Source: a virus (taxonomy: Duplodnaviria > Caudoviricetes). Taken from it: a stretch of DNA of 64,000 nucleotides. Each line of letters begins with the position of its first letter. The first letter of the stretch is position 1. The notes below the pieces were generated by a model. It worked only from the letters and a program-made list of their open reading frames with translations, searched no databases and was not told where the DNA came from. The position numbers and the translations under genes are program-made. Shown piece after piece: positions 45,234 through 54,312 of the stretch. The stretch spans positions 96,001-160,000 of IMG/VR virus record IMGVR_UViG_3300044719_000048; one strand, given 5' to 3'.

Positions 45234-45809
45234 ATGTACACTGCAATCGAATTCAATGACGCAACTGATCGTGAACTACAGATGGCGGCGAAGTTTGCCG
45301 ATGCAGGTGAGTGTCCTAAACTTCAGGTAATGGTCGAGCGTCCCGATCTTCGGGAACGCGACCGAGAAGCGTTGCGTGAGTACTTGGTTGATCGCGGCTA
45401 CAAAGCGTTGCTGATCGAGACCGCGCGTCTTACTAGCAGTAGTCGCAACGTGGCATTCAGCACGGCTTTGCCGTTGACGCATAGTGCTGACGTGTCGAAC
45501 CGAGGCAAAACCTTCTTGAGTGACCTCGGCTTCTTTCGGGTCACTCCGATGATGAGCTTCGGTGCCCCGTCGCTGAAATACACGGTGTCTCACTCGTTCG
45601 AGGGGACTATCGAGATCCTGCACACACGTCATGATGTGTGGGACTTCGAGCTCGCGGACATCAAGCCCAACATCGTGTGCCGGGACGGTCGATACGACGA
45701 CTACATCTACAGTGTTCGTGCCAGCGGCACTGTGATCGGTCGATTGACCGTACGCCGGTTCACTGACGAGCGTAGTGTTACCCATATTGAACTGCACCCA
45801 CTTAACTGA
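45234..45809 (+). CDS. Hypothetical protein
   Basis: AGGAG RBS. Confidence 0.65.
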   Translation: MYTAIEFNDATDRELQMAAKFADAGECPKLQVMVERPDLRERDREALREYLVDRGYKALLIETARLTSSSRNVAFSTALPLTHSADVSNRGKTFLSDLGFFRVTPMMSFGAPSLKYTVSHSFEGTIEILHTRHDVWDFELADIKPNIVCRDGRYDDYIYSVRASGTVIGRLTVRRFTDERSVTHIELHPLN

Positions 45810-45820
45810 TCGGAGGACGT

Positions 45821-46159
45821 ATGCTCAATCTTCGCGAAGGCTTCTTCAAGTCGGAAGCCGAACCTGAGTTGCCCGCAGCTCGTGCACGCACAAAGCCGTG
45901 GCGTGGTCGTCGTGTGTTCTTGGAAGCACTAGCCAAAGTGCAGGCGTCCGAGAAAGTCTCGAAGAAGAAGTTCAAGGGCGCGAGCACCTGCCGGTGCTGT
46001 GGCGAAGCCAACGGTTCGGCAGAGTACCACCTCGTCATGGGCGATGTTCTGACCGTCGTATGGCCGCAAGGTTTTGAGCACTACGTGCGCGAGCACAACG
46101 TCAGACCCGGTCTGATGTTTCATGATCTCATCCTGCAAATGGCTCAGGATCTCGAGTAG
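45821..46159 (+). CDS. Zinc-binding hypothetical protein
   Basis: G.S.CRCC...NG..EY...WP.G..HYV..H. Confidence 0.7.
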   Translation: MLNLREGFFKSEAEPELPAARARTKPWRGRRVFLEALAKVQASEKVSKKKFKGASTCRCCGEANGSAEYHLVMGDVLTVVWPQGFEHYVREHNVRPGLMFHDLILQMAQDLE

Positions 46160-46198
46160 TTTCCCACAACAGTTCCCAAAACAATAACAGAGGTTCTC

Positions 46199-46396
46199 AT
46201 GAAGTACCTGACTCTCCCAACTTGGTGTGCCCTGAAACTTCTGATTCACGGTATCCCGGAGCACCCTTACGCTACGTGGTACCCGACGTTGGAATCATGG
46301 GCAGCTGATTCGCCTTCAGTCTATCGGCTTATCGACTTCGCGCTGCTCGCTATCATCGGCTCCTTTTTCTACAACTTTTTATCCACCTTCTTTTGA
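46199..46396 (+). CDS. Small membrane protein
   Basis: C-terminal hydrophobic helix. Confidence 0.5.
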   Translation: MKYLTLPTWCALKLLIHGIPEHPYATWYPTLESWAADSPSVYRLIDFALLAIIGSFFYNFLSTFF

Positions 46397-46407
46397 AAGG
46401 ATTAGAT

Positions 46408-47166
46408 ATGAACTTTGACAAACGCTTCAACCACGCAATGGAATACCTGCTGTTTTTCAACGCACGTCCCCCGGCGGAAGGCACTCGCGTTGTGCAGCCA
46501 GGCGTAGACGTGGAGGCCCGTGAGACTATCCTTGCACTGCAAGCACAGATAGAGGCCCTACAGCGCGGCATGGCTACCATTCACGGTTGGTTGATCGCAC
46601 CGGGTGGTGGCAACATGAAAGGAAGTGAGCTCGACAAGATGCTCACCGACGCCACCGACATCAAGCCTGTGGAGTTTCCACAGGCGGTCTTACACATGGC
46701 CTCTAAGCCGCACTCTTCTAGAACAACTAGAAACGAAGACCACGAAGACGACGGCGACGGCATGCCGCGCCTCAGCAAGATCAAACCACGCAAGCCCACG
46801 TCGGCAGCCGGGCAGCAACCTGCCCACAGCAGCGGCCGGAAGCAACGAGGTCCGAAGCTGGAACAGCCTGCGACACTGAACCAGTGGTTCCGCAAACTCA
46901 TGGACAGTACTGGGGTGATCCTCGACTTTGATCGGGTCTTGTATCGTCATGCTCGATTCGAGCAGCCGAAAATCATCTTGCTTCCAGACTCCGACGAGGA
47001 TCATCAGAAACTGATCGAGTGGACGCACTCTCATGCCAGCGACTACGCCGTGCAGTACGGCACTGAGGAGGGCTCTCAGCAGCATTGGATTTCTATTCCT
47101 GTGGCTGCTTTGTCCGAGCTCGGACTCGCAGTCCCCAATGACGGCGACGGTCTCAGTAAAGGCTGA
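46408..47166 (+). CDS. Hypothetical protein; C-terminal domain paralogous to the next gene
   Basis: RFEQP...DS...W...AVQYG.EE shared with 47223-47777. Confidence 0.7.
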   Translation: MNFDKRFNHAMEYLLFFNARPPAEGTRVVQPGVDVEARETILALQAQIEALQRGMATIHGWLIAPGGGNMKGSELDKMLTDATDIKPVEFPQAVLHMASKPHSSRTTRNEDHEDDGDGMPRLSKIKPRKPTSAAGQQPAHSSGRKQRGPKLEQPATLNQWFRKLMDSTGVILDFDRVLYRHARFEQPKIILLPDSDEDHQKLIEWTHSHASDYAVQYGTEEGSQQHWISIPVAALSELGLAVPNDGDGLSKG

Positions 47167-47222
47167 ACCGAAGGACGCCGCTTCAATACCGGAGCAGCAT
47201 TTGAACGAATAAAGGAAAGCAT

Positions 47223-47777
47223 ATGAACATTACCCGTAGCACCCCGTCATTCGACGCCTGGGCCGAAACCCTATCCGATAAGTGCGGCATCGTCTTCGCG
47301 CGCAAGGAAGTGCAGCACCGTACGCAACGGTTCGATGAACCCTGTTTGGTCTTCCTGCTGGACAGCAGCTCCTATCCCACGTTCACCAAATGGCTGGACG
47401 GCCAGGTCAGCCACTTGTGCGCCGTTGACTACGGCCAAGAGGAAGACACTAGCCAGTTCTACGCGGTCGTGCCTGAGTGGGCCGTCGCCGAAGTCATCGG
47501 CGCCCACTTCCCTTATGAGGAAGCGCTGCGTGACTGGAAGACGGCAGTGTTCGGGCTGACGCCTTTGCGTCACTACGGATTCAACATCTCGTTCTACGAG
47601 GACAAGGTCATCTTCACTACTCAATACAGTGCCGTCACTGATTTGATTCGCAAAATCTTTGCCGAGGCCGGGTTGCCGTATCAGTGTACGAGTGACACCT
47701 TCAGCAGTGCGGTTTCGGTGAAGGCCTCCTACCTTAAGGCCCGAGACCTCATGCCGCCCAAACCACTCGACAAGTGA
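47223..47777 (+). CDS. Hypothetical protein
   Basis: AAGGA RBS; shares a domain with the upstream gene. Confidence 0.7.
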   Translation: MNITRSTPSFDAWAETLSDKCGIVFARKEVQHRTQRFDEPCLVFLLDSSSYPTFTKWLDGQVSHLCAVDYGQEEDTSQFYAVVPEWAVAEVIGAHFPYEEALRDWKTAVFGLTPLRHYGFNISFYEDKVIFTTQYSAVTDLIRKIFAEAGLPYQCTSDTFSSAVSVKASYLKARDLMPPKPLDK

Positions 47778-47784
47778 GCGGAGC

Positions 47785-48105
47785 ATGGACCTGAGACTGA
47801 ACCACATCAACATCGAGGGCTTGACCACCGAGACCTTGATGGCTGATATGAAGAAGCGTATGGCGGAGAGCAGAGGTGCACCTGTGCTGTATCCGTACGA
47901 GACGGTCGAAGCCCTTCTGGCTAAGATCGACGACCTGGGGACTGCTATGGTCCTCATACGAAGCCAGCTCGCACAAGCGGCAATGGCACTGCCGGAAGCC
48001 ACCACCATCGAGAAGCGCCAAAGAGCATTGGCGCACGTTCACGCCGCTCTTGGCGTGATCAATGTGCAGATCGGCAAACCACCTGGAACTAACTCGACTA
48101 ACTGA
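47785..48105 (+). CDS. Hypothetical protein
   Basis: ORF in operon. Confidence 0.6.
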   Translation: MDLRLNHINIEGLTTETLMADMKKRMAESRGAPVLYPYETVEALLAKIDDLGTAMVLIRSQLAQAAMALPEATTIEKRQRALAHVHAALGVINVQIGKPPGTNSTN

Positions 48106-48118
48106 AAAAGGAACTACG

Positions 48119-48922
48119 ATGAAACAAGGAATCGAACACGGCACTATCCCCTTCACCAAAGACCGCTATGGTCGCGCTCGCAAGATCATCTTCACGCCGG
48201 ACAAGGTAGCGGTCGAGTTGGTTGATCCTCTGCCGGGAGTCGATCCCGACGTGACGAGTCAGTTGACTCGTGACGAGAGCTTCACAGTGATCACGAAGAT
48301 CAGCGCGATTCGGTCGCTGTGCAGTCAACTCGCAGACGCTTCCTCCTCGGAGACCTCGGCGACAGCAGCAACGGCATCCTGTGAGGGTTCGCGTGTTGTA
48401 GTTGTTACCGAAGCGATGGTCGACGCGTGCTATGATCATCCAGATAAAGTGCCGTTACCCGGCAAGACTCTGATGAGGAAGACGCTGGAGCGGGCGTTGC
48501 AGGCCGCGAACGTGGTGACGGTGGACCTGCCGTATCTGCATTTGCACGCGCGCCTGTCCGGTGACTACCTGATGAAGGCCAAGGCTCATTTGGGTCATCG
48601 CTGGACCGGAGCATTGGACGAGGCGCTCAATCACGTCGACTACGTGAAGACCGCCCTCGATCCGTACGTTGAGGACAAACCGATGGAATCGCCGCCCGAC
48701 TACAAGAAGTTGTTTGAGGACGCGATGTATCATCTGCGCGTCCTCAGCGGTTCGCGTAATTCGTTCACGTCTGACGCGACAGACAGGTTGTTCGATCTTG
48801 ACCAACCGAGAATCGAATTGCGTACACCTGAGGTCGAAAAGATGCACCGCGAGGCCCATCAATGGCTGACGCAGCACGAGCACTTGATTCCCACTGAACC
48901 TGAACCGAAAGAGGAGGACTGA
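48119..48922 (+). CDS. Hypothetical protein
   Basis: AAGGA before MKQGIE. Confidence 0.65.
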   Translation: MKQGIEHGTIPFTKDRYGRARKIIFTPDKVAVELVDPLPGVDPDVTSQLTRDESFTVITKISAIRSLCSQLADASSSETSATAATASCEGSRVVVVTEAMVDACYDHPDKVPLPGKTLMRKTLERALQAANVVTVDLPYLHLHARLSGDYLMKAKAHLGHRWTGALDEALNHVDYVKTALDPYVEDKPMESPPDYKKLFEDAMYHLRVLSGSRNSFTSDATDRLFDLDQPRIELRTPEVEKMHREAHQWLTQHEHLIPTEPEPKEED

Positions 48923-48923
48923 A

Positions 48924-49787
48924 ATGCCCATTCAATCACCGAAGTTTGAGGAGCTGCTGACTGGCTTGTGTTTGACATCGCCTGGTCCCGAGCGCGAGGC
49001 GGCGACAAGCAAGCTCACGCAGTTCATCGAGGCGCACGTGATGTTGCGGCGTACTCAGGCCATCAACGCATTCAAGCGCGCCTGCCAAGCACAGGGATTG
49101 ATCGCCGTACGCAAGGACGGTTTCGAGCAGTTGGTGAAGGACCTCGAACACCTGCCCGATGGTGACATGGCGGCCGAGGCCCAACAGCTCCGGCACGACG
49201 TATTAGACGTTTCCCTGCCCGATGAAGACGGCAAGCCCGAGTTCACGGTTGCGGAAGACGAGGACCTCGACCGCCTGCTGAACAGCACAGCTGCCTTGTT
49301 GAGTGGCCGCGCCAATCAGGACGTCGGCATGGCATGGTACGAGGACTTGCAGGCGGTGCTGCGCAAGCTCTCACAAATACCGCGCGTCGTTGACCCCAAT
49401 GACAGAATCAATGTCGAAGGCTTCGATTACCCGACTACGTATGCTGATCTCGCTCGCTTGCCGGTCGAGAAGCTGTGGAATCGTTTCGTTACAGGTCGGC
49501 CGTACCCCGATGCGAAGGTCGCGTTCATGGTGGCACGCGCGATTCCGTTCCTGTACCAGGTGATCACAGTACCAGGTCAGTGGCATTACGACCCTGAATT
49601 TCCACCGGACTATAGGCCGGTGTTGGCTGAGTTGGTACCCAAGCGCAAGAACGCCAAGGAGCCAGTCTACGCGGTCGTCTGCTATCACCGAACGCAGAAG
49701 GGCGTGCATGACGCCGAGCCTGGTTGGTTCGATCCTCGCACCGATGACACTTGCGAGGTCCTCCGCTGGCAGTACATCAACGCCTAA
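48924..49787 (+). CDS. Hypothetical protein
   Basis: GAGGAGG RBS. Confidence 0.7.
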   Translation: MPIQSPKFEELLTGLCLTSPGPEREAATSKLTQFIEAHVMLRRTQAINAFKRACQAQGLIAVRKDGFEQLVKDLEHLPDGDMAAEAQQLRHDVLDVSLPDEDGKPEFTVAEDEDLDRLLNSTAALLSGRANQDVGMAWYEDLQAVLRKLSQIPRVVDPNDRINVEGFDYPTTYADLARLPVEKLWNRFVTGRPYPDAKVAFMVARAIPFLYQVITVPGQWHYDPEFPPDYRPVLAELVPKRKNAKEPVYAVVCYHRTQKGVHDAEPGWFDPRTDDTCEVLRWQYINA

Positions 49788-49795
49788 TTAAGCAA

Positions 49796-49803
49796 AGTAA
49801 ATA
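49796..49803 (+). promoter_or_regulatory. AGTAAATA putative promoter
   Basis: Exact octamer, intergenic. Confidence 0.55.
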
Positions 49804-49851
49804 GGTGTCAGGACCTCCACGTTGGAGGTCCGCTTTCAAGAAAGTGCAGGA

Positions 49852-50187
49852 ATGAAGAAACGCAAACTCAATGCAGCCCAGCGCCAGTTGCAGGCCGACT
49901 GGGAGAAGATGATGAAGCAACACACGAAGCCTTTGGAGAAGGGCGCCAAGGCCAAATCGCAAGTCTCTAGCGCAGCGCCGCTGTCGAAGAAGCCCATCAA
50001 GCTGCTGGAATCCAGTAGGGTCAACAAGCAGCCTTCGCTCGACACGGGGTACACGTCAACGGCACCGCGAGCGCAAATGATGTACAGTGGCGATAAGGTA
50101 CTCGGAGTGGCTCTGATGCACAAGAGCTCGTACGCGCCGGTCTTCGATACGGAGTCGGCACAGGAAATCGCGAAGATGCGTCGATGA
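49852..50187 (+). CDS. Basic phage protein with Y.G..V.G...MHKS...PVF tail
   Basis: C-terminal motif recognisable from myovirus hypothetical proteins. Confidence 0.65.
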   Translation: MKKRKLNAAQRQLQADWEKMMKQHTKPLEKGAKAKSQVSSAAPLSKKPIKLLESSRVNKQPSLDTGYTSTAPRAQMMYSGDKVLGVALMHKSSYAPVFDTESAQEIAKMRR

Positions 50188-50216
50188 CGCTTAGATGAAA
50201 TGAAGAGAGGATTATT

Positions 50217-50660
50217 ATGAAGGCCCATGAAGACGACCTCGCAGTGGCGAGTGAATACCTCAACGCCAGAAACGCTTCGGTCAAGCAGCTCACCGAACTG
50301 GCGCTTCGACTGCAGAACCACGCCTCCGAGCTGGAGGGCGATCCTGATTGCTGCTCATCCACGAGGGCCCACCTCCGGCTTCAAGCCGCGCAGTTGCTGA
50401 ATCAGGCTGCGCGCATGCAATCAAGCCTTCTCGATGACGTACAGCGCGTGTCCAACCTGCTGAACGACCGGCGCCTCGCCGACGGCCTGGAGCTGGATGC
50501 AAGCACCTTGTCGCGTATGCGCTCTGGTCATCTGCGCATCGGTGCGACCTTGATCATCAGCATACACGAGCTGACAGGCTGGCCTGTACGCAACATCAAG
50601 ACACGACTGAATTTGTCGTGCCTGCCTTCGCTGGCCGCGTATCAGGCGGCCGCCAAATGA
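50217..50660 (+). CDS. XRE-like HTH transcriptional regulator
   Basis: NDRRLADGLELDASTLSRMRSG.LRIGA.LII.IHE.TGW. Confidence 0.7.
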   Translation: MKAHEDDLAVASEYLNARNASVKQLTELALRLQNHASELEGDPDCCSSTRAHLRLQAAQLLNQAARMQSSLLDDVQRVSNLLNDRRLADGLELDASTLSRMRSGHLRIGATLIISIHELTGWPVRNIKTRLNLSCLPSLAAYQAAAK

Positions 50661-50995
50661 GCGCGTCTGAGAAGGGCCATCTGCGTAGGGCATTCGAGAA
50701 GGAACTACGCTTGAAGCCCGAGCAGTGTTCAGTGAACGAATACGGCGAGTACACGCACAAGTTGACGCATGCGCTGTGGGCCGCGTTCAAGGCCGGACAC
50801 GGATTCATGCACAAGCGGGGCACGTTCGTGGTCGCAGAGATTCATGACAACCGACCGCAGTTCAAGCCCTTGCCAGTCACCTATGACTACCTGGATCACG
50901 CTCGTGACGCGCAGCGTAGAATAGCGATCCAGACGCAGTCGGTAACGGCAGTGTTCCAACGCGTCTCAGCATTCAATCCTGTCAAGCCTGCCTAA
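50657..50995 (+). CDS. Hypothetical protein
   Basis: Start MSASEK, coupled. Confidence 0.6.
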   Translation: MSASEKGHLRRAFEKELRLKPEQCSVNEYGEYTHKLTHALWAAFKAGHGFMHKRGTFVVAEIHDNRPQFKPLPVTYDYLDHARDAQRRIAIQTQSVTAVFQRVSAFNPVKPA

Positions 50996-51005
50996 TTTTT
51001 GAGCA
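50989..51005. promoter_or_regulatory. 17-bp pseudo-palindromic operator, copy 1
   Basis: TGCCTAATTTTTGAGCA. Confidence 0.65.
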
Positions 51006-51026
51006 CATCATATGTCTTTATGGGTG

Positions 51027-51055
51027 TTGCATTGCGTAAAGACATATGATATACT
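51027..51055 (+). promoter_or_regulatory. Sigma70-type promoter
   Basis: TTGCAT-17bp-TATACT with extended TG. Confidence 0.75.
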
Positions 51056-51082
51056 GTAGGCAAAGCAAACCCGCCTCTTAAC

Positions 51083-51099
51083 TGCCTAATTTTTAGGCA
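51083..51099. promoter_or_regulatory. 17-bp operator, copy 2
   Basis: TGCCTAA-TTT-TTAGGCA, perfect 7-bp arms. Confidence 0.7.
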
Positions 51100-51129
51100 A
51101 TTTTCCAGCGAAACCTGACGTTTCGCTCT

Positions 51130-51143
51130 CCCTATGAAAAGGA
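51130..51143 (+). promoter_or_regulatory. CCCTATGAAAAGGA box, copy 2
   Basis: Exact 14-mer before ATG 51152. Confidence 0.75.
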
Positions 51144-51151
51144 GCTACATC

Positions 51152-51313
51152 ATGGCATTGACCCCTGAACAAATTCTCGAACGATTGAACACGCGTGACC
51201 CTGACGACAGCTTGCACGACGATTATTTCGTCGATGCCGAAGACGAGCAGGCTCGCATGCGTCGCGGTACGCGCACTCCGACCTCGGCTGCTATGAAAGG
51301 AGACGCGAAATGA
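51152..51313 (+). CDS. Small acidic protein (53 aa, not in ORF track)
   Basis: MALTPEQILERL...; leader box; coupled to the next gene. Confidence 0.7.
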   Translation: MALTPEQILERLNTRDPDDSLHDDYFVDAEDEQARMRRGTRTPTSAAMKGDAK

Positions 51314-51576
51314 GCAAACTCTACGACAATGCAAAGACCGTCACCTTGAAAGCTGTGCGCGCTCTGTATCCCGGATGCCGAATCGAAGCCTACTTCGTAG
51401 ACGAAGAAACGCCCACCAACTACATCGTAGTCGAGCGCCCAGACGCTCACGCGTCAGTCTGGGACGTCAAGGTCGTTCCCGAGGAAGCGTGGAAGAATCC
51501 GAAAGCACGGCGCGAATACGCTCATCCCAGTTCGCTGAACACCGACCGCTGGACGCTGCTCGGCGAAGCGCCTTAA
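51310..51576 (+). CDS. Hypothetical protein
   Basis: AAGGAG RBS. Confidence 0.65.
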   Translation: MSKLYDNAKTVTLKAVRALYPGCRIEAYFVDEETPTNYIVVERPDAHASVWDVKVVPEEAWKNPKARREYAHPSSLNTDRWTLLGEAP

Positions 51577-51605
51577 CCCAATCCCGCCCGGCCAAGCCGG
51601 GCTCT

Positions 51606-51619
51606 CCCTATGAAAAGGA
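51606..51619 (+). promoter_or_regulatory. CCCTATGAAAAGGA box, copy 3
   Basis: Exact 14-mer preceded by a CCCGGC-CAA-GCCGGG hairpin. Confidence 0.75.
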
Positions 51620-51625
51620 GACATC

Positions 51626-51886
51626 ATGTCTATGTACTTCGGCGACATCGCCAAAACCGTCAAGCCCATCCCAAACGTTCGTATAGGGACTGAAGTCCAG
51701 ATTTCCGCAGTCGGCGTGTACAAAGGAAAGCTCTCGTACACTGTCGTAGTACGCGACGCAGCTGGAAACCTCGTCGACGAGGTCGGCCCTTACCCTGCCT
51801 CTGCGTTCCAGTTCGTCGACCGCTGCACCACTGGCAGCGAGCTCTTACTTATCGACTGGCTCTCCAAGCACGGAAAGGGTAAATGA
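51626..51886 (+). CDS. Hypothetical protein
   Basis: Leader box. Confidence 0.7.
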   Translation: MSMYFGDIAKTVKPIPNVRIGTEVQISAVGVYKGKLSYTVVVRDAAGNLVDEVGPYPASAFQFVDRCTTGSELLLIDWLSKHGKGK

Positions 51887-52128
51887 TGCGTATCGTCTTC
51901 ACTCGCGGCAACATGGTCGACACTGGCTGGAAGCTCACCAACACGCCACTTGGCTTGTTCGCAGAGCGCGAGGACCCCGAGGGAGGTATAACACTGTTCA
52001 TGCGCGATCAGGGCGGCGACCGCCTGGAGTTCACCCCTCCGAAACTCGAATCGTTCAACGACGGCAAGTTCATGGCCCATCTGTTCGACGTGCTGGCCGA
52101 GAACAACACCAACTACACTCTCGTATAG
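51883..52128 (+). CDS. Hypothetical protein
   Basis: Coupled ORF. Confidence 0.6.
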   Translation: MMRIVFTRGNMVDTGWKLTNTPLGLFAEREDPEGGITLFMRDQGGDRLEFTPPKLESFNDGKFMAHLFDVLAENNTNYTLV

Positions 52129-52137
52129 GAGTCTCTA

Positions 52138-52353
52138 ATGAATCTCGGACACTTGCGCGCGTTTCTTGCACGCGCCGATGTGCAAGCGCTGGCTGACGAT
52201 GTTGAAGTCGGGTGCGTCGGTCACTATGGTGAGCTGTGCCGCTTCCAAGGAGACGATCCTTCGCTTCAGACGCTGAAGCGTAATACCTTCGACTACACTA
52301 TGGTTCAGGCCGTCATCTTGCCCGGCATTGATGTTGGACCTGAACCCGATTGA
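52138..52353 (+). CDS. Hypothetical protein
   Basis: AGGAG RBS. Confidence 0.6.
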   Translation: MNLGHLRAFLARADVQALADDVEVGCVGHYGELCRFQGDDPSLQTLKRNTFDYTMVQAVILPGIDVGPEPD

Positions 52354-52379
52354 TCTTTCCCGGCTGTGGAAGCCGGGTT

Positions 52380-52393
52380 CCCTATGAAAAGGA
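52380..52393 (+). promoter_or_regulatory. CCCTATGAAAAGGA box, copy 4
   Basis: Exact 14-mer preceded by a CCCGGCT-GTGGA-AGCCGGG hairpin. Confidence 0.75.
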
Positions 52394-52403
52394 ATTATCT
52401 ATC

Positions 52404-52730
52404 ATGTCTTTCCGTGACGATCTGGTCAAAGACCACCTCGAACAGAAGCACCGGGCCTCGCAGCAGCCGCCCTCGTACGTGCTGATGCTGCACATGAATC
52501 CGGACGCGTACAATCTCGACCTGCACTTGTGCGTTCAGCACGTGCTGTTGGACCACCTGAACATCTGTGCGGCCGACGCCGAGAAGGCTATCAAGGGCGC
52601 CGCCAACAGTGGCGCTTCGGTAATCAAGCCCGTGACCAAGGACGTCGGCGAGTCCATGATGCAGCGAGTCGAGACCTGCATGGTATTGCTACTGAGTACC
52701 AACTTCAAAGTCGCCCTCGAACTGCTGTAG
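52404..52730 (+). CDS. Divergent ClpS-like adaptor protein
   Basis: QPPSYVLMLH...V..VL...L.....AE......SG.SV....TKDVGE aligns by eye to the ClpS core. Confidence 0.6.
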   Translation: MSFRDDLVKDHLEQKHRASQQPPSYVLMLHMNPDAYNLDLHLCVQHVLLDHLNICAADAEKAIKGAANSGASVIKPVTKDVGESMMQRVETCMVLLLSTNFKVALELL

Positions 52731-52738
52731 CCTCGTTT

Positions 52739-52752
52739 CCCTATGAAAAGGA
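52739..52752 (+). promoter_or_regulatory. CCCTATGAAAAGGA box, copy 5
   Basis: Exact 14-mer. Confidence 0.75.
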
Positions 52753-52758
52753 ATGACC

Positions 52759-53076
52759 ATGAAGTTCGTCTATGACAAAACGCCTGCTCACCATGCCCTC
52801 CGCCTGCGCAAGCTGCAGGAGCAAATCGAGAAGGAGCGCGCCAAACTGCGCGACCTCGAAAAGGAGGCCGAGCAACTCAAGACCTTCCTGCTGAAGGTGA
52901 ATCGTGGTAAATCGTTCGCATTCAACGGCACTCTGTATCAGATGTGCGTGAAGGTTACGCGGTCGGCGCGCATGGTCCTCGACCAAGAGGAATGCAAGCG
53001 CCTGCTGAAATCCAGAACCCCCTACAAACCCGCCAACGTGGTCAAAGTGGCCATCGATTACGTCTACGAGGACTGA
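52759..53076 (+). CDS. Coiled-coil hypothetical protein
   Basis: Leader box; heptad N-terminal half. Confidence 0.7.
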   Translation: MKFVYDKTPAHHALRLRKLQEQIEKERAKLRDLEKEAEQLKTFLLKVNRGKSFAFNGTLYQMCVKVTRSARMVLDQEECKRLLKSRTPYKPANVVKVAIDYVYED

Positions 53077-53077
53077 C

Positions 53078-53953
53078 ATGAACAAATACGAACTGTTGAA
53101 GAACGACATCATCGAAGTCGACGGCCAGAAGCTGTACCGCATACGTGCGTTGCGTACCTTCGGCCACGTTGTCGAGGGAGACGAGGGCGGATACATCGCC
53201 ACCGAAGACAACCTCTCCCATACAGGTAAGGCGTGGGTTGGCGAAAGGGCGAAGATCTACGATACTGCCCGTGTCCTCGACAACGCCCACGTCGCCTGGG
53301 CTGCCTCTGTCTATGGTGCAGCTACCATAATGGGAGACGCCAAGGTAGGCGGATTCTCGCGAATCTACGACTCAGCCACCGTGAGTGGAAGGGCTCAGGT
53401 TCGTGGCGAGTCACACGTCTTCGGCTCTGCCTCGGTTGCAGGCGACGCTCATGTAGCGCTCTCTTCTCGGGTCTATGGTTCTGCCTGCGTTGAGGGTCAC
53501 GCACGCGTACTCGGTGCTCAGGTCTATCAGCACGCCATTGTTAGTGGTAGTGCCATTATCCGCGGCTCCGTTACGGTTCGGGGTCACGCTAACATACACG
53601 GCAACGCTGAGATTCGACGTGCTGACGCATACGAACCAGTACTCACGTGCACTGACGACTGGGTCGTGTTCACCAACGTCGGTTCTGAGAACGGTGCTCT
53701 GACCGTCTACAGAGCAAGTTCCAGCATCTTTCTGTGCACGCGCGGGTGCTTCACTGGCACGGTTGACGACTTCCTCCACGCGGTACGTATGGAACACGGA
53801 GCCAGCGTCATCGCACAGGAATACGAACTTCTGATTCAAATGGCGAAGCTGCGACTGAATCGGCCTAAGCCGGCCGATTCGCCCGCCATTGAAGGCAGCG
53901 CGGACCTCAATCCTCTTGCAACTCCGGCCATCGAAGACTGGGAGGAAGCGTGA
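53078..53953 (+). CDS. Hexapeptide-repeat (left-handed beta-helix-like) phage protein
   Basis: LYRIRALR.FG.V..GD.GG..E.NLSH.G.AWV, then (A.V.G.)n repeats and a GCF.GT tail. Confidence 0.8.
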   Translation: MNKYELLKNDIIEVDGQKLYRIRALRTFGHVVEGDEGGYIATEDNLSHTGKAWVGERAKIYDTARVLDNAHVAWAASVYGAATIMGDAKVGGFSRIYDSATVSGRAQVRGESHVFGSASVAGDAHVALSSRVYGSACVEGHARVLGAQVYQHAIVSGSAIIRGSVTVRGHANIHGNAEIRRADAYEPVLTCTDDWVVFTNVGSENGALTVYRASSSIFLCTRGCFTGTVDDFLHAVRMEHGASVIAQEYELLIQMAKLRLNRPKPADSPAIEGSADLNPLATPAIEDWEEA

Positions 53954-54276
53954 TCATCGAGTGCTACGTGTTTATGCCGTACGAAGGCCAACTACGCTTC
54001 TCCTACGACACTGAGACCAACCAGATCGGAAAGTCCAATCCTACTGCTGACGCGCCTCTCGGCGTCTTCAAGTTGACGGGCCAAAGACCGCCGACCTGCA
54101 AGGAATTCATCTATTCGGGAAAGCATCACTTTGATGACAACATTCGGCTGATCATCCTCCGTTGGATCATTCCACGCCTCGCCAACGAGGTTCAAGTGGA
54201 GCTTGGCGACGAACTACTTGGGGCCTTTCCGTTCAGTCAGGGCTTCAAGTTCACAGCACGCCGCGTTGCTCAGTAA
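53950..54276 (+). CDS. Hypothetical protein
   Basis: Coupled ORF. Confidence 0.55.
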   Translation: MIIECYVFMPYEGQLRFSYDTETNQIGKSNPTADAPLGVFKLTGQRPPTCKEFIYSGKHHFDDNIRLIILRWIIPRLANEVQVELGDELLGAFPFSQGFKFTARRVAQ

Positions 54277-54305
54277 ATAGTAGTACACAATCCCTATGAA
54301 AAGGA
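54272..54305 (+). promoter_or_regulatory. AGTAAATA promoter plus CCCTATGAAAAGGA box, copy 6
   Basis: Octamer 54272-54279; 14-mer 54292-54305. Confidence 0.7.
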
Positions 54306-54312
54306 ACTAATC

